The notes beneath the pieces are model-generated. The model was not told the origin of the DNA and searched no databases. It worked only from the letters and a program-made list of their open reading frames with translations. Positions 49,884-64,000 of a stretch of 64,000 nt of DNA are shown here, piece after piece. Source of the DNA: Saccostrea cucullata (lineage: Eukaryota). The stretch's first letter is position 1. Each line of letters opens with the position of its first letter. The DNA lies in NCBI RefSeq assembly GCF_032062105.1, contig NW_026938004.1:1-64000 (forward strand). The letters run 5' to 3'. The translations under genes were made by a program, and so were the position numbers.

Positions 49884-50481
49884 CGCAAGAAATAAAAAGT
49901 TACTCAACATCTTAGCTGTGTGAAGGCTGTGGAGAGAAAACAGAATACGATATACTAAGAATAAATTCATTTCCATGAAGGGAGAAAGAAGCGAGCTTCG
50001 TTTACTCTATTAAATTATGGCCTTTAAGTTTGTTAAGTGTGAATATTTTCTGATTTTAACTTATTCACTTATCCAGGATTATTATACATGTAAGAACTTC
50101 ATTTTCATTTTATGAATGAGCTTTAAAAATTCTTATTGTGGCTTCTAACCTATGATAAATGTTACATTTAACTCAGAACAGTCTTTTTCCCTTTTGGAAC
50201 TTATCCTGAACGACCAATTTAACATATTTTATTTTCTTTCGGAACGGTTGACCTCATTCGGAATACCTCGGTCTGTGTTTCCATTCACAACCAGGGTGTT
50301 TTGTCATGATACCTTACACACTGAAAATAAATCGTTCACCAAACCAGCATTTAATTTTAATGTGTAGATTTAAACATGTCCCTGGTCAAGTAAAGAAAAG
50401 AACCATATTAGCACACAAACTAAATTAAAGCTGATGCCAAACTCTATACATTTCTTAAATAGAAGGGAAATATTAGGAACC

Positions 50482-51984
50482 ATGGGCTTATTCTTATCTA
50501 AATTGACGACTCTTTTCGAGTCTTTTTCCTCTGGATCACCCTCCAAAATTCTTATGCTTGGCTTAGATGATGCAGGTAAGATCACAAAGATTTAGAATAA
50601 AAAAGAAATATGAATTTTAATATACTAAGTATATTCTTCTGTGATTAAGGGAAAAGAGTGAATTCATGGAAGAAATCAAAACAGCAAATTCGCAGAAATT
50701 AGATTTAACTCATTTTTTTCATTGTAGAAGAAATGAATATATTTTCTTTAATACATGTAATTGTTTTCCTGTGATTAAGGACAAATTAAGATTATTTCAT
50801 TTATCAAACCAAATATTCAAATTCCGATAAATTAACTTATTTTTCGTTCTAAATGAATTAAGATTTAACTTTTTTTACTTAATTAAAATAGTTTCAAAAA
50901 GTTAATATAAAGATAAGACATTTTACTTGTAGGAAAAACAACGATTTTGTACAAGATAAAACTGAAAAAGAATGTGTGTACCATTCCCACGATAGGATTT
51001 AATGTTGAGACCGTGTCCCATGCGAAGGGTGTGTCCTTTACTGTGTGGGACGTCGCGGGGCAGGACAAAATTAGACCGCTGTGGAACAACTACTACCAAG
51101 GGACAGAGGGTAAGTATCTTCTTAACAGTTTTAAACTTTATATTTGACCAAAAATACATGTTCATTTTAGATAAGTGTTGGTTATGTGTGTCTATCTTAT
51201 GATATACAAAAAATAATAATAAAAATTAAAAACATTTGTTTTAGCAATGGATCTTAATGTTTCATAATTTGTTCTGCTTCATTCTTTTTTTTTTATTAGG
51301 ATTGGTTTACGTGGTGGATAGTAACGATAGAGAAAGAATCATAGAATCACGAGAGGAACTCTTCAGAATTCTTCAAACTGACGAAATGAGAGGAGTTCCA
51401 GTAATGGTTATCGCTAACAAGCAAGATCTTCCAAGTACGTCCTATCTTAAACTTTTTAAACAGTATCTCTATTATTTGTAATTGGTAAAAATAGATTATA
51501 AAATAACCTAAACATTAATATAAATTGCTTGAGTCTTTATTAATGCAGGGATAACAATAAGATCCTTGCAGAAAAAATCCTGCAATGTTCGTTAGCCCCT
51601 GCATAATGATAAGCAATAAGATCAATATAAATATATTTCTAAAACGATTCAAATTCAACATTCAATAATTCCAAGATATATTTGTGTTATTTTGTGTAAT
51701 TTATTAATTCTGTATACTTATAATTACATGTATCAACTTAGAATTTTCTTCTTTACTTTATAGATAATTTACTTTATAGAAAATATTTCTAACATTAAAT
51801 AAGTTCATCTTTCGTTGTAGATGCTCTAAGTACCTCGCAGGTGGCTGAAATGATGTGCTTACACAAATTGACGACCCGGAAGTGGTACATTCAATCCGCA
51901 TGCGCAACAACCGGGGAAGGGATTTTCGATTCTATGCAAGAATTATCAGCAATGGTCAAAGAATATAAGAAAGGACTAAAATGA
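50482..51984 (+). CDS. ADP-ribosylation factor-like (Arf/Arl) small GTPase A, 189 aa
   Basis: Exons 50482-50575, 50933-51109, 51300-51434, 51821-51984 (all phase 1). Myristoylation-type MG start, [42 protein letters not shown] at 52255. Confidence 0.93.
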
Positions 51985-53279
51985 AGCACATTCAATTTAA
52001 ATGTGCAATCGAAAGCAACCACTTAAGTGTTCCAAGCAAGCTAGCTGTGTGGATGTTTGCACACAGAAGATTGATGAATGTTTTAACACAGGGCACAGAC
52101 TACGAACGTTTTGTTCAATGGGTCAGAAATTGCTCAAATGAAAGAATTATATGCCATATTCACTAGTATTTAATATTGGTAACTTTCTTCTATAAGACAT
52201 TGATTGACATATTGTCTGCCTTTCCCCCCATTTTCATGTAACATGGATACAAGGAATAAATTGTCATCAAAATATTGATGGTATTATGTACACGTTTTGG
52301 TGGTAATGAATATAATATCTTATACAATTATCATTTATTAAACTACTGAGATTCAAATAGCAAAAATTGTTTGAGTTTATTTTTCTACGCAAACAAACAT
52401 GTCTGACTGACGTCACAATCAGCTGTGTATTTATGAAGGGACGAAAAAACGAAATATTAGCAAATTCAGTTATACGTATTTAGGAATAAATATCATAATG
52501 GTAATAATTAATTTTTAATGGAATATAAAGATAACAAACGGTGGCCAAGCCAAAAGTCCATTAAAACAATACAGATCGAGAGTAGAGCAAAGAGAGACAC
52601 GGTCTCTAAAATATCGGACGTGAGTTTAAATACTATGGAGGGCAAAAATAGGCTTTGCCTACTGCCTAATCCCATTCACTTTTATTCGTGAATAAATTTT
52701 GTATGAATTAAAAAAAAAATACAATGGAGTAAGAATACCCTTTAGATTAATCACATCATGTGCTCCGTTTCATGATCGGGCAAAATAAAAACGTACACAA
52801 TTTGATTTGGAAATAATGCCCTAACAATTTGTATAAAAAAAACACCAGTCAACATTTAAGCTAATGATAGATTGTATTCGATGACCAGTTGATTGCCTTG
52901 ACCATAGAATTTGCCAAATGAGACGGTTGATTTCATTTTGTCAATACTTTGCCTTGTTTAAGCAATTGCTCGTAGAGCAGGCATTAGGGTGTCGAATCAA
53001 CTGCGAGACATAGATTTCATCTGCAGACGGTATTGACCATAAAGTAAGCAAAATATTGGCTTTTAAATAAGTTGATATCATTGTATCATAAACTTATTTG
53101 TCACTAGCCATGTTTTAGATATTGTTTGTACGTATGGGAATGCTGTGTATCAAATCAGCTGAGACTAAACTTTTTCCTATGCTGGTGATTAAGGTATATG
53201 TAGTAACAAAAAAAATGAATGTTCATTGAAACTCATTTCTCATAAAGTTTTGATGTTTGGTATCAACGACATTATGCAT

Positions 53280-53684
53280 CAGTTGTAGACGTCTTTTTTC
53301 AGTAAAATGTCGTTTAGAACTTTACATGAAACATGGGTCAGTGTGATACAATTGGTATAATAATTCCTGCAGTGGCTATAATGTTTGCATAAATGTTGTA
53401 TTACTCAGAAAAGTTAATAATCTGTGTATGTGTATTGTTCTAAGACGTACGTCGCTGTGCGTTTTCTCTGATGTTTCCATTGCATGCAGAAGGTTGTTCT
53501 ATTCTCCAACAACGCAATCAGTCAGCTGCTTGGATTCTTGGAGCTTGTGGGTGACCTTTCAATTTCATGCCAAATTCCTCTACTGGCGATAGATTTAGAT
53601 TTTATGGTGGTCCACAATCATTCCGCAATCATTGCAGGCAAGAATTTGCGACAGGTAGGACTAACATGTAGACGAGCAGCGTAA
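53280..53684 (-). mobile_element. Tc1/mariner transposase relic, C-terminal part
   Basis: Minus strand reads AARLHVSPTCRKFL...(W)PP*NLNLSPVEE/IWHEIER with frameshifts, resembling the Tc1 DNARPH...WP..SPDLSPIE..W motifs. Confidence 0.6.
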
Positions 53685-53789
53685 AAAATGCTTCAACCTC
53701 AGACTGTATCTTTAATATTTGTACTGTGTTTAGCAGTATAACCTTTAACCTTTACCATTGTCTTTTCCTAGATTGCGTCCCTTGCGTGT

Positions 53790-55225
53790 ATAAATAATTG
53801 ACTAACAATTAGTGTGAAAAACGTCAGTCAGTATTTGACTCAATGATAAATTGCATTTGCTGACAAGGTCATTGTATCGACCATAATATTTACGAAACGA
53901 TGACTTTAAACGAGACTGCTGATATTCTTGTTTCATCAACTTGTTTGTCAATAATTTACCCCGTTTTAGAAATTGTTCATACATAGAACATGCTCTTGCG
54001 TATCGAATCACCCGAGATATATAAACTCCGTATGCAGGTGATGAAGTTACAACTGTATATTGCTGCATAAGTAAGGGAAGTTGACGATAGAAAAGTCATC
54101 ACGTTTATCATAGAGTTTGGTTGTTAGATTACCATTAACGTCTTTTTCAAGTAAAACATCCAAATATGAAACAGATATGTCAGACTCTGTGGTATCTTTT
54201 ATCTCAAGCTCACCGGGATATATCGTATCGACATGAGAATGGAAATTACCATTGTTAATTGACAATATGTCGTCAATATATCTAAATGTCGAGTTGAAGG
54301 CCACGGCAAGTGTTTTCTTCTTTTCATGCCAGATAAAATTTTGCACAAATTCTGCTTCATATGAATACAAAATTAGGTCTGCTAATAAAGGGACGCAATT
54401 GGAACCCATGGGATTTCCAGCAGATTGTTGGAAGACCTGATCTCCAAAAACGACATAGATATTTTCAATCAGAAACTCAATCATCTTTTTAATGTAAACT
54501 TCAGAGTACTTGTGTGTACAATCAGAATGTTTTTTACCAAAATAAATTTGCAGATGACCAATGACAAGGTAAGTAAATTTACAAGTTCCATTTTAATTAA
54601 AAAAGCAGCTGTCAATGATATCAAAAAGCCTGGACTTAACTTATTGTGGGGAATGCTTGTGTATAAAGTTAGAAAGGAAGTTTTTAAGCTCTTGATTTTG
54701 GTGAAATCTTGTGATTTCAAATTATATAAATGGTAGTTCAAATTCATTTTGGTTCTTTGAGATATTAAAAATATTCAAAGCTGGCATATGATTTTGAAGA
54801 CTTTCCTCCTTGGAAAGGGAACTATGAGTATAATTTGAATTACCACCAAAATTAAATCCAAATTTTTCTAAAATACAATTTATATAACGATTATATATCG
54901 ATCCTTACAAACGAAGACAATGTTGTTATCTGCTTTGTCAGCGGGAAGCAGTACGTATTGATCATGTTATCTATTTAATTCTTTTTTTCTCTTCTGGATT
55001 ATTGAATACAGAAGGATAGATGGTTTTCATATTGCCCCTAAACTTTTAATACGTGATTTTAACAAGGATCTGATACATTTAATCCATTCTGACAAAGTGT
55101 CAACTTTTTTTTTTCATATTTGGACATCGTCTGGCGTAATCTTCAACAGAATCCATAATATTTATGAAAATCCGACGCCAGTTGAAGGATCGGGGCATAT
55201 TTAAGACCTTTTAAAATTAGATCTG
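53790..55225 (-). mobile_element. Longest Penelope-like retroelement RT fragment (frameshifted)
   Basis: KGLKY (~55195-55210), HDQYVLLPADKADNN (~54922-54966), [45 protein letters not shown]. The ORF ends shortly after the thumb with no C-terminal GIY-YIG domain. Confidence 0.9.
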
Positions 55226-56973
55226 GTTCAAATTTGGATTTTTTACTGACTAATAAGTAATAACTAAACTGACATTATCATCTGCGTATGGTTATTATAT
55301 CTCCAAACATTCGAAAAGCATGCTCCGAGTAAGTCTTTTTTTAGCCAAACAAGCAACTGACTGATTTGTTGATGATACTTGAACATCTCAAAGGTAAAAA
55401 TACAATATACATATATATTTTCAAGGGTTACACACTTCCTTTGTATTTGAGCCTGACAACAATAATAAATTGTATTAGTTTATAAACATTTGGACGACAG
55501 GCATAATACATGTAGTTTTTGATATATTTTACCCTCAAATTGTCATATCTAGGGCATTTAATGTAGGATTCTTCTCATTTTGTTCGATTTAAAAACTAAT
55601 GTAATTTTCATAGAATCAAGAAGACAATATCACTAAGTGGTGGTATCAATAAGATTAAGTTTAACCGTTTTATATTAAAGGCAAGGTCAGGTCAAGGTCA
55701 TTACCTTTTCTCTGGACATTAAAGATGTTTTTCTTTTTGCATAAAAAGATATTACCATATAGGGTCTATAACATGATATAACCAAATTGACATGAATAAT
55801 TTAACTAAACTGAACACAGGCTCATGTACTTAGCACTATTATTTCCCAATTTAATCCAAACCTATTGTTGGAAGACCTGGTCACCAAAACCTACATGTAC
55901 CGGTATATACATAGACGACATCAATGAGAAATTTCAGTGTACTTTTAGTATAACTTCAAGGTTTTTTATGTCGAATGAAAATGACATTTAACGAGTTAAT
56001 TTTATATCTAACCAATCACAAAAGAAACAGTTGTGTATGAGGTCTGTTCTTAAATTTTTTGCGAGGAATGGTTGTACATGAATAAAGCGTAGAAAATTTG
56101 TTTAAATGTCACGTGTTTTATACTGCTATTGATGTTTATATATCCAAATGTTCTTTGGACTTTTGTTTTAAAATCTATACTTCTTAAATATGTTGCATAT
56201 TTTGAATATCTTTGATTTTTCTCCTTGTTTGGTGAGGAGTAAGTAGTTTGGAAATAAATTTAAGAAGGCTGTTTTAAACGTAAAAGTATTGACAAGTATC
56301 TACACACTGGGTTAGATGAAAGCAAAAAATAAGAAAGTTTCACAACATCTAAGCTGTGTGGAGCATGTGAAGAGAAAAAACAGAAAACGGTATACTAGTA
56401 TAAATTCATTTCCATGAAGAGAGAAAGAAAGAGCCACGTCAAAACGTTTACTCTTTTCAATAATGGTTTATATTATAAGTGTAAATATTTTCTAATTTTA
56501 ACTTTTTATCTGATCCAGGATAAATATACATGAAAGGTTTAATTTAACCAACTTCATTATTTAATGAGCTTTAACAAATCTTATTGTGGCTTATAATCTC
56601 GAAATTTTCTGTACACATTATAATTTCCACACATATAAAAATTTAAATTTTTGAAAAACGGTAATATTGAAATCAGAACATTTCCCCCTTTTCGAACGTT
56701 TACAGAACGACCAATATAACATTCGGAACGGGTATTGATCGACTCATTCGGAATACCTCGGTCTATGTTTTCATTCACAACCAGGATGTTTCGTCATACC
56801 TTACACGCTGGAAATAAATCGTTAACCAAACCAGCATTTAAATATAACGTGTAGATTTAAACCTGTCCGTGCTCTAGTACATGTATATAAAAAGAACCAT
56901 ATTAGCATACAAACTAAATTAAAGCTGAAGCTAAAATCTACATTTCTTAAATAGAACAGAAATATTAGGAACC

Positions 56974-58383
<1,410 letters not shown>

Positions 58384-58832
58384 AGCACATTCAGTTTAAC
58401 TATGCAGTCGAAAGCAACCACTAAGTGTTCCAAGCAAGCGGTGTGGATATTTGCATACAGAAGATTAATGAATGCGAACCGAGTGTTTTGTTCAATGCTT
58501 TGGTCAGAAATCGCTCAAATGAAGGAATTATTTGCCATATTCAGCAATGGTAACTTTCTGCTATAAGACATTAATTGAAATGTTGTTTGCCTTTTCCCAT
58601 TTTCCTGTAACATGCGTAAAGGGAATATATTGTATTCATCGAAATATTGATAATAGATGTATTATGCACACGTTTTATTCGTAATTAATCATTTAAAAAT
58701 CTTATACAATTATCAATATTTAACTACTGAGATCATAAAAGCAAAAATGGTTTGAGTTTAATCTTGTACACAATCAAAAATGTCTGAATGAAGGTACAAT
58801 CATCTGTGTATTTATCAAGGGACGAGAAAACA

Positions 58833-60371
58833 ATTATGTCAACAAAATAGATTAACAATGATTGGCAGTTTTTGTCATGGCTTTATTGATTAATAGTCAA
58901 AATGAATTTTCAATACAATGATGTACTCAAGGTATCAATACAATGATGTACATAAGGTATCAATGCAATGATGTACCCAAAGTGTATATTGAATAACTGC
59001 TACTAAATGGGTGCAATGATATTCAATGATAGTTCAATGATATTCAATGATATGCAACAATATTCAACGATATTCAATGATATGCAATGATATTAAATGA
59101 TACAACAATATTCAAAGATTTTCAATTCAATGATATTCAATGATACAACAATATTCAATGATATTCAATGATACAACAATATTCAATGATATTAATGATA
59201 CAACAATATTCAATGATATACAATTATATTCAATGATGTGCAACAATATTCAATGAAATTCAATGATATACAATGATATTCTACGATATACAATGATACC
59301 TGCATTGCAATAAGCAGGTAACGATGTATTACCAGGACCATGAACTACATCGACTTTTTCAACAGTGAATGATGTAGAAGGTTCATAGAATGACATAAGC
59401 CCAATTATTGGCCACGGACCCTGGAAGATAACAGGATCAGTAGCGAGCTTCTAATTCGGTTCACAGTCCGTAAGAAGTCCAAGTGCACTGTAGTTGAATC
59501 GAATTTAACGGATTCTTCTGCTGGTAGCCAAGTGGAACGGATGTAACGGATTCATCTGCTGGTAGCCAGGGAATCAAATGTAATGGATTCTTCTTTTGGT
59601 AGCCAAGTGGAAATGTAATGGAATCTTCTGCTGGTAGTCAAGGGAAAAGGATGTAACGCATTCTTCTGTTGGTAGCCAAGGGAATGGATGACGACTGAAA
59701 AAAGAAATCAAAGACAGCAGCAACAAGTTTGTCAAAACAAAATAACAACTTATTAAAATCTGGTGAATGGGCAGGGTGAGTGGGATGCTGAGCTTCAATG
59801 GATAACAGATGGAAAAGGAAGAGCAAAATGCACATGCGTAATGGATGTGGCTAAGCAGTTATATACATTTGCATGAGAGTTATCTTTCCTGGACCATATC
59901 TCTATTTGTCTCCATAACGTGACTTAACTCATATTGAGTTAAGTCTGATTATGTAAACAAAATAGATTAACAATGATTGGCAGTTTTTGTCATGGCTTTA
60001 TTGATTAATAGTCAAAACGAATTACCAATACAATGATGTACTCAAGGTATCAACACAATGATGTGCATAAGGTATCAATGCAATGATGTACCCAAAGTGT
60101 ATATTGAATAACTGCTACTAAATGGGTACAATGATATTCAATGATAGTTCAATGGTATTCAATGATATTCAATGATATGCAACAATATTCAACGATATTC
60201 AATGATTTGCAATGATATTTAATGATACAATAATATTCAATGATATTCAATTCAATGATATTCAATGATACAACAATATTCAATGATATTCAATGATATA
60301 CAACTATATTCAATATATCTTTATTTGTCTTCATAACGTGACTTAACTCATATTGAGTTAAGTCTGATTAT
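58833..60371. mobile_element. Unclassified 1.5-kb insertion with A1-internal-B1-A2-B2 repeat structure and terminal hairpin
   Basis: Absent from the paralogous site (~52455). Repeats at 58833-59234/59948-60314 and 59896-59952/60315-60371, with ATTAT at all three junctions. Contains a (CAATGATATT)n array and ~38-bp internal repeats at 59507-59690. Confidence 0.75.
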
Positions 60372-61129
60372 TAGCAATTTTAGTTATTCGTATTCAAGAG
60401 TAAATCTGGTAATAATTTGTTTTGAATGAAATATGAAGATAACGAAGGGCAACCAAGCCAAAAGTCTATTATATAGAACAATACAAAACAATACAGACCG
60501 AGCGTAAAGCAATCAGAAACCTCTAAAATATCATAGATGAAATAAAATACAATGGAAGAGTAAGCATACCATATAGATTAGTCGCATCGTGTTCTCCGTT
60601 TCATGATAGGGCATACAAAAAGTAGACAATTTGGTGTGAAAATAATGGCTTAATTAACAATTTGTATGAAAAACATCAGTCAACATTTAAGTTATGTAAG
60701 CTAAATTGTATTTGCTGACCAGTTGATTTTATCGACCATAGACTTTGCAAAATGAGACTGAACATTGATTTCATTTTGTCAATACTTTGCCTTGTTTAAG
60801 CAATTGCTCGTAGAGCATGCACTTGAGTATGAAATCAACTGCGAGACAAAGACTCCATAAACGGTATAAATTTGCAAAATGTTGACTTTGAAGAGTTTAT
60901 ATCATTGTATCATGAACTTATTTGTCACTAGCTTGCCATGTTTTAGAATTTGTTCTTAAGTATGGGTATGCTCTTGAGTAACGAATCAGCTGAAACAAAA
61001 ACAAAAAAATTCCTACTCAGGTGATTAAGGTTTAAGTAGTTTCAAAAAAAGGTGACGATTGAACGTTCATTGAATCACATTTATCATAATGTTTTGATGT
61101 TAGGTATTTTAAAATCTATTCTAAAGCAT

Positions 61130-61300
61130 ACGTAACCGGGGCATCTATGCATCCCCACACCATGAAGAATCTCACATCGAGACAGTCTCTCTTGACTATA
61201 CATGCTCCCGCAAAGCATATTCCACAACGTCTGAAACCATGGTTTCAGCAATCTTTCCGGTGAAGAGTGATTCTAGAAAGTAAACAGCACCATTCTTCGT
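61130..61300 (-). mobile_element. Tc1/mariner transposase relic, DDE N-terminal part
   Basis: Minus strand reads VLFT/SRITLHRKD..FRR.G..FAGACIVKRD..FFMVWGCI, resembling the Tc1 VLFSDES...MVWG motifs. Confidence 0.65.
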
Positions 61301-61724
61301 TGTTTCATACTGGGATAAATGGTTTATGACGCTTCAACCAATCAAATTGCATCGATCCTCCATCTTTCATCATTTAGTCGAAGTTTCCTGGCCTTTTCAT
61401 CCCACTTTCGAAAATTTCCTCTCATACTAAAATGTGTTCTAGCATTTCTGTGTGGTTATACTTTTGCGAATTCATAACATAAAAAATACAATGAAGTTTG
61501 ATTACGTCAATCAGTATGTTGTTTTTTTCCTTCCCGGTATATTCAAATACCTGTTTTTAAACGGTACATTCGGAAGTATCTCGGTTTTAATGTTCACAAG
61601 GTGTTTTTTCATACCTGCCACGGTGGAAATGTATGGTGTAAAACAATACTGATCGGATATATACACGTGCAGGGATGTAGAAAGTCTCATATTTTTCTTT
61701 TATCACAAAAGATTAAAAAAAAAT

Positions 61725-63186
61725 ATGGGTTCATTTATATCCAAATTAACGAAAGTATTCGAGTCTTTTTCTCCAGGATCACGGGCTAGAATAATTATGC
61801 TTGGTTTAGATAATTCAGGTATGATAAATTGTTTTTTAAAGATATTGTACTTTGAAATGTTACATAACGATATTTACCAAATGTACGAAATAAATGTGTT
61901 TTTTTTTCAATCTTTATCTATTTATTTTTACAGTCTTTTTTGATTTTAGCTTCCATTATTTAAATTTACTAGTTATATGACATTTGTAAATATTGTGAAT
62001 TATTTCCTGCTGATATCGGATATTATTATTTCCTTTGCAGGTAAAACGACGATTTTATACAAACTCAAACTGAATGAACATATAAGGGATATACCTACTG
62101 TAGGATTCAATGTAGAGACGCTGTCCCCTGTTAAGGGCGTGACCTTTACTGTGTTTGATGTGGGGGGTCAGGAGAGGCTACGATCACTTTGGAGACACTA
62201 CTACCAGGGGTCAGAAGGTAGGCTAGGGGACACCTTTTTCAGTATTTTTCTATGATTCTATTATTATATTCTATGATTGAAAAAATAAGTCTTACATACA
62301 CATGGGTATTTTTACAATAATTGATTGGTCGTCAGTATTTCAGCTATATTTCAGTGGGTCAATTTAGTTTATATGATCAGTTTATGAAGGGTTTTAATTT
62401 CCATGGCTGCCCCCTGTGAGCCTGCTCTTTTTCAGAAACCAGAGAAATGATCATTTTTATTTTGCCAGGATGTTGTAATCCTTCACATGAGGACTATTAG
62501 TATTTAACGTTTCATTCGACAGACTTCAACTGAAAAAAAAAAAAAAAATTTCTACAAAGAAAAAAAATCTAATGGTCAGTTTATAAGTCCGAAAAGTAAA
62601 AATAACTTTATTGGAATTCTGACCGAGAAGTGATTTTTCATACACAAAATATGGTTCGTCGTGATTTTTTTTTAAGGTTTAGTGTATGTGGTGGATAGTA
62701 ACGACAGAGAAAGAATAGAAGAATCACGCAAAGAATTGTTTGGAATTCTACAAGATGACGACATGAATGGAGTCCCAGTGGTGATCATTGCTAACAAACA
62801 AGATCTTCCAAGTACTTTATTATTTACACATAATAAAACATTTCATAAGGAAGTTTGTTATTTTGATTAAATTTGTATATAATAATAAAATTCTATATAT
62901 TTTCAAAATATGATATACTAGTACATTTGCATTTTACCTTCGAAAACTAGCAGTTTTATTTTGATCTATTAAAAGTTATTTATACAACATTTTTCAAATA
63001 ATAATGTTATTTATAGACGCAATAAGAACTCCAGAGATGACAGAAATGATGTGTTTGCACAAACTGACGTCAAGAAAATGGTTCATCCAATCAGCTGTTG
63101 CAACAACGGGAGAAGGAATCTACGAGTCAATGAAAGAATTATCAGCTATGGTCAAGGACTTCAAAAAGAACGCAAATAAATCCTGA
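61725..63186 (+). CDS. ADP-ribosylation factor-like (Arf/Arl) small GTPase C, 191 aa
   Basis: Exons 61725-61818, 62041-62217, 62677-62811, 63017-63186, with the same intron positions as A and [45 protein letters not shown]. Confidence 0.93.
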
Positions 63187-64000
63187 TCATTACATGCATG
63201 CATACCTTCATAAAATCACTACAGCATCATCTGTTCAAACCTAACCAAGCTTAAAAATGCCATCTGGAATTCAATAAACTATACACATTACCAACAGTGT
63301 TTATTATGGCTTAATTTTCTTATTATTTACTATTTACTACATTTATGTAGAATATTAATTTTTTATTTAGATTTCAATGTAGATTTCATATATTTCGCTG
63401 AGAAAATATGTAATGCACACACAACAACAGTCATGTTCAAAGCCTACTGTATAAGTCATACCATTTAGGTGTAAGATAACATAGGGCTGAAATGTGTTAG
63501 AGGTAGGACGTAAAGACTGAGTACCCTGAGCGGCTGGGTAGGATCTTTGAATCAGAAATTGCCGAGAAAATCTTGTTTGTACTTCTGAATTGTTCTGCGA
63601 TGATAAATATCTTGACATACCTGGTATCACTTTTTGAAACATAATGATTTAAGTCTACTTTGTTTTTTCCCTTTAATATGTATTGAATTAGCAGTCTTGT
63701 AAACTGTGCCTTTTATATCTTGATTCAATTATTTGTACTTAAGGTTGTAATAAATATCTCAAATCAGTTTTGTTCGCTGATATATGTATGCCCTCTATTT
63801 AAAAAAACTTCCTTATACTTTATAACGAATAATAATAATCATATCTGATTCACTCATTTTACACAATGAAGGATGTTTGACTGAATGTGCAGTCAGCCGC
63901 GAATTTAATTGAGGTACTAAATTATTTTAAGAAAAATATTTAAGATAACTAGTAATGTAACCATAGCAGAGTTTCACTATAAATTTTTATCTTTAAGAAA

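Larger units (their letters stand above)
46470..53263 (+). repeat. Segmental duplication unit, copy 1 (contains Arf-like gene A)
   Basis: AAAATGCTTCAACCTC..GATTGCGTCCCTT (46470) recurs at 53685. The upstream region, gene, 3' UTR and downstream flank (to ~53263) all recur at ~55850-61107. Confidence 0.8.

Overview
AT-rich eukaryotic genomic DNA with spliced genes, most likely from a bivalve mollusc (oyster-like, judged from Helentron/HINE elements carrying ~166-bp Cg170/HindIII-type satellite monomers). All gene models were built by hand from GT-AG sites and phase consistency. In order, the window holds: (1) a tandem cluster of at least four small secreted 10-Cys prokineticin/colipase-fold genes (188-9445, +) in A-B-A-B order, with conserved basic convertase-type sites inside two disulfide loops; (2) an intronless 276-aa coiled-coil orphan gene (13568-14398, -); (3) an 11-exon LIM-RA-SARAH RASSF gene (24706-44878, +) with two candidate internal first exons that would give LIM-less isoforms; (4) three tandem Arf-like small GTPase genes (50482-63186, +). 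Two of the GTPase genes come from a ~7-kb segmental duplication; one of these has an ATG>ACG start, and divergence between the pair is concentrated in the switch-encoding exon. The intergenic and intronic DNA is dense with Penelope-like RT relics, MITEs (MULE-, Harbinger- and other types), Helentron/HINE elements, tRNA-derived SINEs, a split Tc1 relic and an unclassified split-direct-repeat insertion.
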